Shown: positions 47,994 to 57,775 of the stretch, piece by piece | Numbering within the stretch: position 1 is the stretch's first letter | How the letters are laid out: the number at the start of each line of letters is the position of its first letter | Assembly: GCA_964483635.1 (NCBI GenBank) | Contig: CAZABS010000001.1 | Location: 16,692 to 80,691, forward strand | Source of the DNA: an uncultured Bdellovibrionales bacterium | GTDB taxonomy: Bacteria; Patescibacteriota; Minisyncoccia; Moranbacterales; UBA1568 | Length of the DNA: 64,000 nucleotides | Direction: 5' to 3' | Notes under the pieces: model-generated | Told to the model about the DNA's origin: nothing | What the model saw: only the letters and a program-made list of their open reading frames with translations | Databases searched by the model: none | Translations under genes and position numbers: made by a program

Positions 47994-48824
47994 TCATCCC
48001 CGCACTGAGGTCTGTTTTTCACGTTCAAGATTTTCAATCACCGGAACAAGGCCTCGCCATTCTGCCACAGAAAGTGCCTGCGCTCGAATATCCGCGCGCA
48101 AACCAAGTGAACTGAGCGCTTGTTCAATTCGCATCCGTTCAATCTGAAAACTCGACGCGAAATTGTTGGCAAGTGTTTTACGGCGTGCTGCAAAACCAGC
48201 TCGCGCAATTCGAAAGAGTCGCCGATCTTGTTCATCGTCATAGACGCGCATCGGTCGTAGCTCGATGACAGCACTCTCAACCGCTGGAGCTGGATCAAAA
48301 GCAGTCGCAGCAACAGTAAAAGCGATCCGCGCATCTGCATAGTATTGCACCATGAGAGACAGCAAACTCATCGAACCGGGTTTTGCCGTAATTCGTTCGG
48401 CTACTTCTTTTTGCACCATAAGGATCAGGCTCTTTGGAGTTATCTCAAGACTGAGGAGCGTTCGAATAATTGGTGCCGTAATATAATACGGGAGATTAGC
48501 AACGATTTTATATCCTCGACTTTCAAAACCTGCCTGAACAAGGAGTTCGTTCAAATCAACTTCGAGAACGTTTGCTTCAAGGAGAGAAAATCCCTGACTG
48601 GCTTCCAAGGTTTGTGTGAGGTATTCCACCATTTGATGATCGAGTTCAATAGCAATCACTTTTTTTACTCTCTCGATGAGCTTCTCGGTCAGGGCGCCAG
48701 TTCCCGGACCAATTTCTAAAATTTTTTCTTCGGGAGCAATTTGGGCCACGGCTAAAATATGCTCAATCACCGTTTGATCTTTGAGAAAATGTTGGCCGAG
48801 TGATTTTTTCGCTCTCGTCTCCAT
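47994..48824 (-). CDS. rsmA: 16S rRNA (adenine1518/1519-N6)-dimethyltransferase RsmA/KsgA
   Basis: KKSLGQHFLKD, EIGPGTGALT and ANLPYYITAPII motifs. Confidence 0.9.
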   Translation of the reverse strand: METRAKKSLGQHFLKDQTVIEHILAVAQIAPEEKILEIGPGTGALTEKLIERVKKVIAIELDHQMVEYLTQTLEASQGFSLLEANVLEVDLNELLVQAGFESRGYKIVANLPYYITAPIIRTLLSLEITPKSLILMVQKEVAERITAKPGSMSLLSLMVQYYADARIAFTVAATAFDPAPAVESAVIELRPMRVYDDEQDRRLFRIARAGFAARRKTLANNFASSFQIERMRIEQALSSLGLRADIRAQALSVAEWRGLVPVIENLEREKQTSVRG

Positions 48825-48846
48825 ATTTGATACAATACCAGGTATT

Positions 48847-49599
48847 ATGTATTCCCCCTTCCCTCCTTATCACACAGTATCACGAAGCCTCAATTTGTTC
48901 ATCCTCATGGTGGCGCTCAGCGTCAATTACCTCGCCGTATGGCTCTGGTGGCAGACACCCTATTTGGCTACCTTTCCTATTCTCCTGACTGGAATCCTCC
49001 TTCTACTGTATGCGAGGAGCCAGAAGCTCTGGATAACCTATATCCTTTTTGCTCTCGGTGGTGCCGGACAAGAAATCCTCTTCATCTCATCTGGTATATG
49101 GGAATATTCTTCAACGTCATTTTTCGCCATTCCGATTTATCTCCCTTTCATTTGGGGAAATATTGCACTGTTGGTCGTTGGACTCCTTCGCGGAATCCTT
49201 CAATGCCAGGAACAACTTCACTTTCCTCACCATCCACCCCGCTTCTCTCGAGTCTTCCTCTCAACGCTCTTACTTATAGTATTCGTTGTCTTGAGTATTT
49301 ACTGGTTTGCCGAAAATCCAAAACTCCTCTTTGCTCTTTTTCTTGCCGCTGATATTGCTTACCTGATCGCGCAGAGGAGTGTTCCTCTTGCATTCGTCGG
49401 TCTCGTCGCACTCTGCATGGGATCACTCGCTGATCTCATTGCGGTACCCGCAGGCATTTGGTTCTATCCACTCCATGCACCCACCACTGAAATTCCGGCA
49501 TTTATTTTTCTTGGTTGGGATATTGTTGGTCTTTTGGCTGGTGGCATCTACCTCACCCTAGAAGCGTGGGAGACCCCGCCGACAAATCCCCTTTCTTGA
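48847..49599 (+). CDS. Hypothetical polytopic membrane protein
   Basis: At least 6 predicted TM helices. The start is chosen after the rsmA start to avoid overlap. Confidence 0.45.
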   Translation: MYSPFPPYHTVSRSLNLFILMVALSVNYLAVWLWWQTPYLATFPILLTGILLLLYARSQKLWITYILFALGGAGQEILFISSGIWEYSSTSFFAIPIYLPFIWGNIALLVVGLLRGILQCQEQLHFPHHPPRFSRVFLSTLLLIVFVVLSIYWFAENPKLLFALFLAADIAYLIAQRSVPLAFVGLVALCMGSLADLIAVPAGIWFYPLHAPTTEIPAFIFLGWDIVGLLAGGIYLTLEAWETPPTNPLS

Positions 49600-49639
49600 T
49601 GCACCCCCTTTCTGAGAGCAACACCCTCCCACAAAATGT

Positions 49640-50584
49640 CTAGTTGATAATTTCTTCCATTTTGATATTGATCACTCCTGCGCCAATTGAAGCAATTTTT
49701 TCAAAAGCTACTTTGTCGAGATCAAGAATTCTCCCAGGCACAAATGGGCCCCGATCATTAATAACCACGATCACCGATTTTCCATTATCGAGATTGGTTA
49801 CACGAACATAACTCCCCTTCGGAAGCCACGGATTTGCAGCTGCCAGAGTTCCTGTCCAGGCATACCATGAAGCTGCTCCTTTATGGGTTTTTCCCACTTT
49901 GACCAACGTACCCTGTACGACGATTTCTTCTGTGGGAGATTCGATGATTTCAGTCCGGAGCACTTTGCGCGAAATTTCCTTTCCATTATGGTAACTCACG
50001 CGAAAGATTGTTCTCTTTACTCCCTTTTTCCCTTTCTGTCTGACTTCTTTTTTTCGCCACGAAAGGTCGCCATCCTGAAGAGTTTTGGTGGTATAGGCTA
50101 TATCTGTATCTTTCACTTCTTCTTGCACCAGCACTCGAGTGACGGTGATGATACTCCCTCCACTCACCGTAGCTCTGCGGGATGGAACAACCAGATCATC
50201 CTCATCGAGCGTCACGCCCATCTCTTGGAGAATGAGCTCAGCAGTTGGCAGGCTGGTTGTAATTTTTTCATTGCGTCCATCAACGACCAACCCAATCGTT
50301 CGAACTGGTTCAAGAATAATAATCGTCCCGGGTAGGAGTTTCGCTGATCGTTCTGGAAAAATTTGTTCTCCAACTTGCACGTCATACCCTCGTGCCAGCA
50401 AAAAGGATCCGACGCTCTCCTCAATTACATCCCGAAAAAAGAGGGTCTGTCCCGAGATCAGCAATGTAACTGATTTTTTCTCGACGAAAAGAATCTCCCG
50501 ATCATCATGAGGAATGAAGAGGAGTTTGTCCCAAAGGATCGTCAACACGAGAATGATACCGATCCAAAAAGAAAAATATCGCAT
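49640..50584 (-). CDS. RlpA-like double-psi beta-barrel (DPBB) domain protein with an N-terminal membrane anchor
   Basis: C-terminal GAASWYAWTGTLAAANPWLPKGSYVRVTNLDNGKSVIVVINDRGPFVPGRILDLDKVAFEKI matches the RlpA/DPBB consensus (ASwYG..., vrVtNl.NGksvvvrvnDRGPf...R.iDLS..af..l). Confidence 0.7.
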   Translation of the reverse strand: MRYFSFWIGIILVLTILWDKLLFIPHDDREILFVEKKSVTLLISGQTLFFRDVIEESVGSFLLARGYDVQVGEQIFPERSAKLLPGTIIILEPVRTIGLVVDGRNEKITTSLPTAELILQEMGVTLDEDDLVVPSRRATVSGGSIITVTRVLVQEEVKDTDIAYTTKTLQDGDLSWRKKEVRQKGKKGVKRTIFRVSYHNGKEISRKVLRTEIIESPTEEIVVQGTLVKVGKTHKGAASWYAWTGTLAAANPWLPKGSYVRVTNLDNGKSVIVVINDRGPFVPGRILDLDKVAFEKIASIGAGVINIKMEEIIN

Positions 50585-50659
50585 GCATGTAGATTGAGAA
50601 AATTTTGCCGCAAACACCTTTTTCTCCTTCTTAAAATATGGGAGGGAACTCAACCGAAT

Positions 50660-52177
50660 TTAATCACGAAAGCGATACTGGAGTGCCTCAGCAATATGTG
50701 CCGAACTAATCTGCTCTGAAGCTCCAAGATCCGCAATAGTTCGTGCGAGTTTGAGGATTCGGGTATACGCACGTGGTGAGAGCTTGTAGACCGTGACAGC
50801 ATTGCGCAAGAGTGCTTTCGATGCCTCATCCAGAGCACAATAGGTCTCCAGTGAACGATTATCCATTTCTGAATTGGAAAGCCAGCCAACTTCACGATAG
50901 CGTTCCCGTTGCAGGAGTCGAGATTTCTCAACTCGCTCACGAATCACCCGACTTGGCTCCGCGGTAGCCTTGGCTTCGAGCGCTTCAAATTTAAGCCGAG
51001 GAACATCCACGTGTAAATCAATTCTATCAAGAATCGGTCCAGATACCTTCTGGCGATACTTTTGGATTTGGTAGGCACTGCATCCACACAAACGCTCGGG
51101 ATCACCATGATGCCCACAAGGACATGGGTTCATAGCCGCCACGAGCATAAAACGCGCGGGAAAAGTGAGAGTTCCTTTGGCTCTTGAAACCACCACGATC
51201 CCGTCCTCGAGTGGCTGCCGGAGCATTTCCAGAACTGCCCGAGGAAACTCAGCAAACTCATCGAGAAAAAGAACCCCGCGATGAGCAAGACTAATTTCAC
51301 CTGGCTTCGGCAAAGTACCACCTCCAATGAGTGAAACGGCGCTGGCACTATGATGTGGAGAACGTAGTGGCCGTTCGGAGAGCAATCCGATATCTCGAGA
51401 GAGACGTCCGGCCACCGAAAAAATCTGCGTTATCTCAAGTTGCTCTTCAAAGGAGAGTTTGGGCAAAATTGACGGAAGTGTTTTAGCAAGGAGCGTTTTC
51501 CCGGATCCAGGAGGACCCACCATGAGGATATTATGCCCACCAGCAGCAGCGATTTCAAGAGCTCGCTTCGCGTGCGCTTGACCCTTGATAAACCCCATAT
51601 CGTAATCATACTCTACATCATGAGGTTCTGCTTCTTGGAGAATCGATGGCTGAATGGTCTGCTTCCCTTCCAAATGGAGAATGAGATCTTTCAAATTCTT
51701 GACAGGATATAAGGTAATGCCGCGAACCAAACTCGCTTCTTGCTGGTTATCTTCCGGAATAAACACTTCGGTAAATCCATGCCGTTGTGCGAAAAGAACG
51801 AGCGGGAGCACCCCCTGAATACGCCTCACCGACCCATCGAGTGCTAACTCTCCAAGAAAGAGTTTGTGTTCTATTGGAAACGCGAGTTGTTTCGTCGCAA
51901 GGAGAAATGAAAGAGCGATAGGAAGATCGTAGAGCGTCGAGTTTTTCGGAAGATCAGCTGGGGCAAGATTGATCGTGACCCGCCCATTTTGGTGCGGAGG
52001 ACGAAAACCACTATTTTTGAGAGCAGCACTCACCCGGTCACGAGATTCCTTCACGGCGGTATCAGGAAGACCCACCACAGTAAACTGATGGAGTCCCCGC
52101 AACAAAACATCCGCTTCGACTTCGACGAGCATTCCTTCAAGACCAATCGTGGCTCCAGAAAAGACTTTGGCAGACAT
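50660..52177 (-). CDS. comM: YifB/ComM-family Mg-chelatase-like AAA+ ATPase
   Basis: GPPGSGKTLLAK Walker A, LFLDEFAEF Walker B, a ChlI-like core and a C-terminal domain. Length 505 aa. Confidence 0.9.
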   Translation of the reverse strand: MSAKVFSGATIGLEGMLVEVEADVLLRGLHQFTVVGLPDTAVKESRDRVSAALKNSGFRPPHQNGRVTINLAPADLPKNSTLYDLPIALSFLLATKQLAFPIEHKLFLGELALDGSVRRIQGVLPLVLFAQRHGFTEVFIPEDNQQEASLVRGITLYPVKNLKDLILHLEGKQTIQPSILQEAEPHDVEYDYDMGFIKGQAHAKRALEIAAAGGHNILMVGPPGSGKTLLAKTLPSILPKLSFEEQLEITQIFSVAGRLSRDIGLLSERPLRSPHHSASAVSLIGGGTLPKPGEISLAHRGVLFLDEFAEFPRAVLEMLRQPLEDGIVVVSRAKGTLTFPARFMLVAAMNPCPCGHHGDPERLCGCSAYQIQKYRQKVSGPILDRIDLHVDVPRLKFEALEAKATAEPSRVIRERVEKSRLLQRERYREVGWLSNSEMDNRSLETYCALDEASKALLRNAVTVYKLSPRAYTRILKLARTIADLGASEQISSAHIAEALQYRFRD

Positions 52178-52180
52178 ACG

Positions 52181-52588
52181 CTATTCTTGGTGCTCAGGGC
52201 GAACAAAAAGATAGAAGAAAAGGAGGCCAACCCCAAGACAGAGCATCATATCAGCCATATTGAAACTTGGGAAGAGCGGAAGCTGGAGATAGTCCCGGAC
52301 ACACCCAAAGATGATACGATCCATCAAATTCATGACTCCCCCAAAGAAAATAAGGCAACAAGCCACTCGAATTCGCCAATGTTCTGATTTCCACCAATAC
52401 CAACTCACACCAATAAGGGTAAGAGGAGAGATCACGAAGATCCATTCTTGGGGGGCGCGAATCCCCCACCCAATACCGTGATTACAGAGAAATACATCGA
52501 AGCCATTCCCACTTCGAAAAAAGAAATCGATTCCAGAGAAAATAAATATCAGGAGAAAAACAAGTTTCTCCTGATACGTAAAATTCAT
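52181..52588 (-). CDS. lspA: Lipoprotein signal peptidase II
   Basis: NHGIGWGI (NxGxAFG-like) and FNMADM (the FN.AD block) in a 4-TM ~135-aa protein. Start chosen at MNFTYQ to avoid overlapping the upstream gene. Confidence 0.75.
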   Translation of the reverse strand: MNFTYQEKLVFLLIFIFSGIDFFFRSGNGFDVFLCNHGIGWGIRAPQEWIFVISPLTLIGVSWYWWKSEHWRIRVACCLIFFGGVMNLMDRIIFGCVRDYLQLPLFPSFNMADMMLCLGVGLLFFYLFVRPEHQE

Positions 52589-52598
52589 ACGGTATAAT

Positions 52599-52949
52599 CT
52601 AAGCCGCAATTTTGGTTCGTGCCTCGGGATATGCCCGCAAACGATCGAGGGGGATTTCTTCACCCGTTTTCTCACAAATTCCATACGTACCCTTCTCCAT
52701 TTTTTCAAGCGCTACGAGCACGTCACCGAGTTGTGCCTCAAGCGATCCTTCCAGCGCGAGATTATCTGTGTAATTTTCAACCTCAGTTGCGTTTTCGTCC
52801 GGATCTGTGCCGATATTCTCAAAATTCGTTTCAAATTGACCGGCTCCTCCAGTAGGATTCGCAAAACGACCAAGCTCAGCTTCAAGACGCGTCTTCTCAC
52901 CAAGGAGTTTCTGCTTCAGTTCTTCGAGGACATTTGCATCAAGTGCCAT
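52599..52949 (-). CDS. DksA/TraR-family-like protein with a degenerate (Cys-less) C-terminal finger
   Basis: Coiled-coil N-terminus plus GTYGICEKTGEEIPLDRLRAYPEARTKI, resembling the DksA/TraR C-terminal region. Only one Cys is present. Confidence 0.5.
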   Translation of the reverse strand: MALDANVLEELKQKLLGEKTRLEAELGRFANPTGGAGQFETNFENIGTDPDENATEVENYTDNLALEGSLEAQLGDVLVALEKMEKGTYGICEKTGEEIPLDRLRAYPEARTKIAA

Positions 52950-53000
52950 AAGAAATCAATTAAAAAGTACTCTCAGTATAAAGAAAGTCAGCCCTATCGT

Positions 53001-53402
53001 CTAGAGGAAGATATGATCGAAATGGTTAAGTGAGAGCACCTCTCCCGAAGTGCCAAGAACGAGTGCCACAACATCAAAACGATAGGGAGCATCCTCACAT
53101 TTCTCCTTACGAAGCCATATTCCCGCTGCTCGCTCCATACGCTGAAGTTTATAGCGATCGACTCGAAGCTCAGGGTGAAGCTCAACCCCAGGCTTTGATA
53201 AGCTCGTTTTTACCTCAACAAAAACAATCTCTTTACCATCCCGAGCTACAATATCGAGTTCGCCGAGCCGAACACCCTTCGTATTAAAGCTATTTCGAGC
53301 CAAAATTCGATATCCAAGATCCCGGAGAAAACGCTCTGCTAAGCGCTCTCCCTCGGCTCCGATATTCAATACTCTGGTCTTTTTCAAGAAAAACATAGTC
53401 AT
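53001..53402 (-). CDS. yraN: YraN-family (UPF0102) endonuclease-like protein
   Basis: GERLAERFLRDLGYRILARN and GELDIVARDGKEIVFVEVKT, the PD-(D/E)xK variant characteristic of YraN. Confidence 0.8.
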   Translation of the reverse strand: MTMFFLKKTRVLNIGAEGERLAERFLRDLGYRILARNSFNTKGVRLGELDIVARDGKEIVFVEVKTSLSKPGVELHPELRVDRYKLQRMERAAGIWLRKEKCEDAPYRFDVVALVLGTSGEVLSLNHFDHIFL

Positions 53403-54098
53403 TCAGACTAGCAAAAAACCAAAAAAAGGCAACAAAAAAAGGCCCTGCTCGGCCAATTCACTTCTTTTCCCGGACAATTCAACAAAAGGCTGTTGGTTGC
53501 CGGGCGCTACATCTGCGCCCAAAATATTATATAAATTTGGCTGAGTGTAGCACCCGGCGGATGGCCCAACACGTTTGTTGGAGAACTGTAGCCCGGGTGA
53601 GAGGCACGTTCGGTTCTACGCGGACAACGTGTAGTTTGTGGTCATCATGGGACGTGCTGGTGCTGTGTCCCGAATCTCCGACACCGTTCTTTGGTATTAA
53701 ACCAGATTTTTTTATGAAGGTACTGCAGCAGTTTTGCTGTTTGTTTTTGTTTTGGCTACTCTGCTTTTATTATATTTCAGAGTAATTTTTGTTTTGGTTT
53801 TGATCCGGCTCCTTTTACCAGAACGGGAGCAGTCATGCGCGTTGGCATGACAGTTGAACAGTGGGAGAGTTCCCATCACAATGAGGGGGATCATTGTGAG
53901 CGGGAGCACTCCCTCTCTTCCTCAATTAGTAAATCAACAATATTTCTTCACTCACAGATCAATTATAGCAGAAAAAAACGCTCAAGTCAATCAAAAGTTC
54001 CTTTCTCTCTCAATCAAGCCACAAAATATTTTTGATTATATTTCGCGCGCTATTCAATACATTCACTCACAAAAAAAAGTCCCCTGACTTTCTTCCAA

Positions 54099-55346
54099 TT
54101 ATGGCTTTGACGAATCAATAACCGGTGAATTTCCCTGGGTTGAACCAGTAAGTGCTGCGTCTGATGTTGCTGGAGCAAGATCTGCAGCTACCTTATCCAG
54201 CAGGGCACGCAATGTCATCTGACTCGTCCCAATAAACCACTCTTTTGATGTGAGAACGTAGTCAACCGAAAGACCCAAAGTACTATCTACGTTTGCAAAG
54301 CGAGTACTAAAGCCCCTATAGCTCCCAGAGCGAAAAAGCAGATTGGATTTTGGAGCAGTGGTGGTATCGATAAACAAGGGAGTAATAGCCTGTGGAAGCG
54401 TTTTTTCCGCTTTTTGAAGCTCTTTGGTGAAGGTTGGCATATCCTTGACCACTACACTCAATCCCAAGCGGGGTCGATCGGCGTCTATAACGACATAGAG
54501 TGAGAACGCTTCATCGAGCGTCACGAGGAGGGTCTCTGGAAAAGCCACCCCCAAGAGATAGCTAAATCGCGTAAAGGCAAGTGGATTATAGTTCTGATCA
54601 CGTACCACAAATTCAAGAGCGGTCTTTGGATTTTCTCGTTTAACCTCTGCGGCCAACTTCAAAAGCTCTGTCCGAAGCCCCTCCGCCGTAGCCGTTTCTG
54701 TATCTAATGAAAAAATATTCGGTTGATCTGAAGTAAAGCGCTTCGTTTGGTCGAGAATTGGCAAATCGATTGGGACTGTCGGAGGAACAACCGGTGGATT
54801 TACCGGAGGCACCACATCATTGTTCGAGATAGGAGGCATGGGAGGCTCTGTGTCACGCCCGAACCACCAATATGTTCCCAGTCCAATGATCAATAGCACG
54901 CCGATACTCACTGCCCCCATAATAAGAAATCGCTTCTGACGATACATTGGTACAGGTGTTCCACTGGACGAAGTTCTTTCTCCAGGTACGAAAGGACGTG
55001 CGATTTCCGGAGGGGTCATCGGCAAAACAGCCGTCGCCTGAGCTTGCGTCGGAGCAGCACCCGGCAACGCCCCTTCTTGAGCGAGTGGAGCGGCATCATT
55101 CAAGAATGGACTCTCTCCCTGTGGAGCCGATTCAGAAAAATTTGTTTCAGCTGCAGCATAAAACGGCACTCCTTGAGCGGGGTTGGTCGAGACATCCATT
55201 GGAGGATCAGCAGGCACCACTTCCGTATTTGAAGGCAAAGGAACATTGGTAATATCATCTTCCATCGTTCGCATTGCCCGCACTAACTCAGGCGCCAAAT
55301 CAGTCTCAGTGGCTTTTTTTTGTTTTCCAAACCCAAACATAAACAA
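54099..55346 (-). CDS. Pro-rich membrane-anchored hypothetical protein
   Basis: Internal TM FLIMGAVSIGVLLIIGLGTYWWF with Pro-rich flanks; no catalytic motif. Confidence 0.45.
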   Translation of the reverse strand: MFMFGFGKQKKATETDLAPELVRAMRTMEDDITNVPLPSNTEVVPADPPMDVSTNPAQGVPFYAAAETNFSESAPQGESPFLNDAAPLAQEGALPGAAPTQAQATAVLPMTPPEIARPFVPGERTSSSGTPVPMYRQKRFLIMGAVSIGVLLIIGLGTYWWFGRDTEPPMPPISNNDVVPPVNPPVVPPTVPIDLPILDQTKRFTSDQPNIFSLDTETATAEGLRTELLKLAAEVKRENPKTALEFVVRDQNYNPLAFTRFSYLLGVAFPETLLVTLDEAFSLYVVIDADRPRLGLSVVVKDMPTFTKELQKAEKTLPQAITPLFIDTTTAPKSNLLFRSGSYRGFSTRFANVDSTLGLSVDYVLTSKEWFIGTSQMTLRALLDKVAADLAPATSDAALTGSTQGNSPVIDSSKP

Positions 55347-55409
55347 TAAACACTAAAGAGAGTACCCATGTACTCTCTTAGTATACCAAATATTCACTGA
55401 GAAGCTAGC

Positions 55410-57590
55410 TTAGATCTGGCTTTCGCTTTCAAGTTTCCGTTTCGCAGCTTTGAGCGAAAGATTGATTCGATTTTGTGCATCAATTTCCTTCACTAAAACA
55501 GGAACTTCGTCACCCACCTTGACAATATCTTCCACTTTTTCAACGCGATAATCAGCAAGCTCTGAAATATGAATCAGTCCTTCTTGATTGGGCAAAACCT
55601 CTGCAAAGGCTCCAAAGTTCATGAGTCTCGTAATCCGCGCTCGCGGGAAAAACTCTCCTGCCTTCACCTCTCGCGTCAAACTCTCAATCCACTCTACCGC
55701 CCGCTTGGCTCCATCCCCATCAGTTGCGGTGACAAAAACTGACCCGTCGTCCTCAATATCGATAGAGACGCCAGTTTCATCAATGATTTTATTAATCATT
55801 TTCCCACCTGGACCAATCACATCTCCGATCTTCTCGGGATTTATCTGGAGAGTAATGATGCGCGGGGCATATGGAGAGAGTTCTTTCCGAGGTTCGGATA
55901 TGGTTTCAAGCATCTTCCCCATAATAAACAACCGACTGGCTTTGGCCTGGATAACTGCGGTCGCAAGCATATCAGGCGTAAGACCGTCAATTTTAACATC
56001 CATCTGCATCGCCGTAATTCCATCCTTGGTTCCTGCTACCTTAAAATCCATGTCACCATAATGATCTTCCAATCCTTGAATATCTGAAAGAATCTTATAT
56101 TGACCATCCGTACCAGTAATCACCCCCATTGCGACACCAGCCACTGGTTTCTTGAGTGGCACTCCCGCATCCATCAGCGAGAGCGTCGAACCACACGTCG
56201 AGGCCATTGAAGATGAGCCATTGGAAGCAAGCACTTCCGAGACGAGATGAATGGTATACGGAAATTCTGCAAGGGTCGGTAAGACTGGGATCAAAGCCTT
56301 CTCTGCCAAGGCTCCATGTCCAACTTCACGCCGTCCCGGTCCTCGCATCGGCTTGATCTCACCCACGGAGTAAGCTGGAAAGTTATAGAAGTGCATATAA
56401 CGCTTCTTCTCATCGGTTTCCATCGTATCAACGATCATCTGATCACCAGGGGCACCGAGTGTCGTCACGGTGAGAACCTGTGTCTCTCCTCGAGTAAAGA
56501 GTCCCGTACCATGGGTTCGCGGCAAAACACCTACTTTACTCCAAATAGGCCGGATTTCATCAAGTTTCCGTCCATCGGGACGAGCTTCTTTGGCGAGTAT
56601 ATTGGCGTGCACCGCTGCATCCGAATATTCATCCAGAATAAGCGAGAGTATTTCGTCGCGATAATCCTCTTCGGGAAACTCAGCTGCTGCATATGCCAGG
56701 GCTTTCTCCTGAATGAGATCCACCTGGGCAGCCATCGCCTGTTTCGGACGAAGATACAGCGCTTCTTCAAGCTTTTCAACCTGAAAGAAGTCCTTCATGG
56801 CCTTTTCAAAGGCCGGCGTTCCTATCATGAGAGCAGCAGCGCGCTTGGGTTTCCCCGCTTCTTTCTGAATAGCGGCAATAAAATCCGTAATACTCGCAAT
56901 GGCTGTATGTCCAAATCGAAAGGCTTCAATCATTTTTTCTTCGGTCACTTCTTTCGCTCCAGCCTCAATCATATTGATTTTGTCGCCAGTACCCGCGAGC
57001 AAGAGATCAAGCAAACTTTCAAGGCGTTCCTCTGATTTCGGATTGAGAATCAGTTGTCCTTGAGTATTGAGTCCAATCCGCACCGCTCCAATAGGACCAC
57101 TCCATGGAATATCAGAAAGTGAGAGGGCCGCCGAAGCCGCAATCATCGCCACCAAATCTGGATCATTTTCCCCGTCATACGAGAGTACCGTCGTCACGAC
57201 CTGCACTTCATTGCGCATGCGGGAGTTAAAGAGAGGCCGAATCGTCCGATCAACCGCACGACCAGAAAGAATCGCATCATCTGATGGGCGACCTTCACGT
57301 TTTACAAATTTTGACCCTTTGATTTTCCCAGCAGCATAGTAACGCTCCTCAAAATCCACCATGAGCGGGAAATACCCGGTGATTTTTGACATTGATTGGC
57401 TCATGACCGCTGTCGCGAGGACAACCGTATCACCATATTGAACGGTCACTGCACCATTGGCTTGACCAGCCAAAAGACCGGTAGAAAACGTGAGCGCCCT
57501 TCCCCCCAGCTCCATGGACCATTTTGTGGCTTCCATATCTTTGGTATCCAGGAAGCTCATAAACACGCGGTTTGACTTGAAAAACTTCAA
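55410..57590 (-). CDS. pnp: Polyribonucleotide nucleotidyltransferase (PNPase)
   Basis: Two RNase PH domains, a KH domain (VIGPGGKMINKIIDETG) and a C-terminal S1 domain (GAFAEVLPNQEGLIHISE). The true start may be an internal Met. Confidence 0.9.
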   Translation of the reverse strand: MKFFKSNRVFMSFLDTKDMEATKWSMELGGRALTFSTGLLAGQANGAVTVQYGDTVVLATAVMSQSMSKITGYFPLMVDFEERYYAAGKIKGSKFVKREGRPSDDAILSGRAVDRTIRPLFNSRMRNEVQVVTTVLSYDGENDPDLVAMIAASAALSLSDIPWSGPIGAVRIGLNTQGQLILNPKSEERLESLLDLLLAGTGDKINMIEAGAKEVTEEKMIEAFRFGHTAIASITDFIAAIQKEAGKPKRAAALMIGTPAFEKAMKDFFQVEKLEEALYLRPKQAMAAQVDLIQEKALAYAAAEFPEEDYRDEILSLILDEYSDAAVHANILAKEARPDGRKLDEIRPIWSKVGVLPRTHGTGLFTRGETQVLTVTTLGAPGDQMIVDTMETDEKKRYMHFYNFPAYSVGEIKPMRGPGRREVGHGALAEKALIPVLPTLAEFPYTIHLVSEVLASNGSSSMASTCGSTLSLMDAGVPLKKPVAGVAMGVITGTDGQYKILSDIQGLEDHYGDMDFKVAGTKDGITAMQMDVKIDGLTPDMLATAVIQAKASRLFIMGKMLETISEPRKELSPYAPRIITLQINPEKIGDVIGPGGKMINKIIDETGVSIDIEDDGSVFVTATDGDGAKRAVEWIESLTREVKAGEFFPRARITRLMNFGAFAEVLPNQEGLIHISELADYRVEKVEDIVKVGDEVPVLVKEIDAQNRINLSLKAAKRKLESESQI

Positions 57591-57672
57591 AGAAAACCGT
57601 GTACCTATAAACTCACCCAGACAAAATAAATGTTAAGTAGCTTCAGAGTAACCTCTTTTTTGCTCTTTTGTC

Positions 57673-57775
57673 AATGAATTCTCTCCTTGCCAAGCCTTCT
57701 TACTGTGTGCTAACCTCGGAGCCAAGTGTCAAAGAAGTGCCTTACCAATCCAACAATTCAACCGCGGAGGCAATC
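57673..57775 (+). promoter_or_regulatory. Conserved ~100-nt 5' leader (copy 1): 28-nt identical core AATGAATTCTCTCCTTGCCAAGCCTTCT plus partially conserved downstream blocks, ending at an RBS GGAGG
   Basis: Direct comparison with 59193–59286. The core is identical, then gctaacctcgga vs gctagcctcgaa and ccttaccaatccaac vs ccttaccaaccaacc. Confidence 0.5.

Noticed and set aside
53460-53700. RNase P RNA, tmRNA or SRP RNA in the GC-rich intergenic core
   Set aside because: The hallmark blocks (GGAAAGUCCGGGC for RNase P; the GGGG...UCCACCA ends of tmRNA; the SRP domain IV GGAAGCAGCC-like motif) are not recognisable on either strand. It is kept only as an unclassified structured-RNA candidate.
53537-53785. 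82-aa ORF in the long intergenic region
   Set aside because: It spans the GC-rich structured segment, has a Cys/Trp/Arg-rich improbable composition and no RBS; probably non-coding.
57668-57775. The long ORF-track start (TTG at 57668 or ATG at 57675) as the true N-terminus of the regulator
   Set aside because: The downstream ATG at 57776 has a strong GGAGG RBS. The upstream segment is conserved at nucleotide level with the paralogue leader, while the encoded peptides diverge after 9 residues. A leader is favoured, though not proven.
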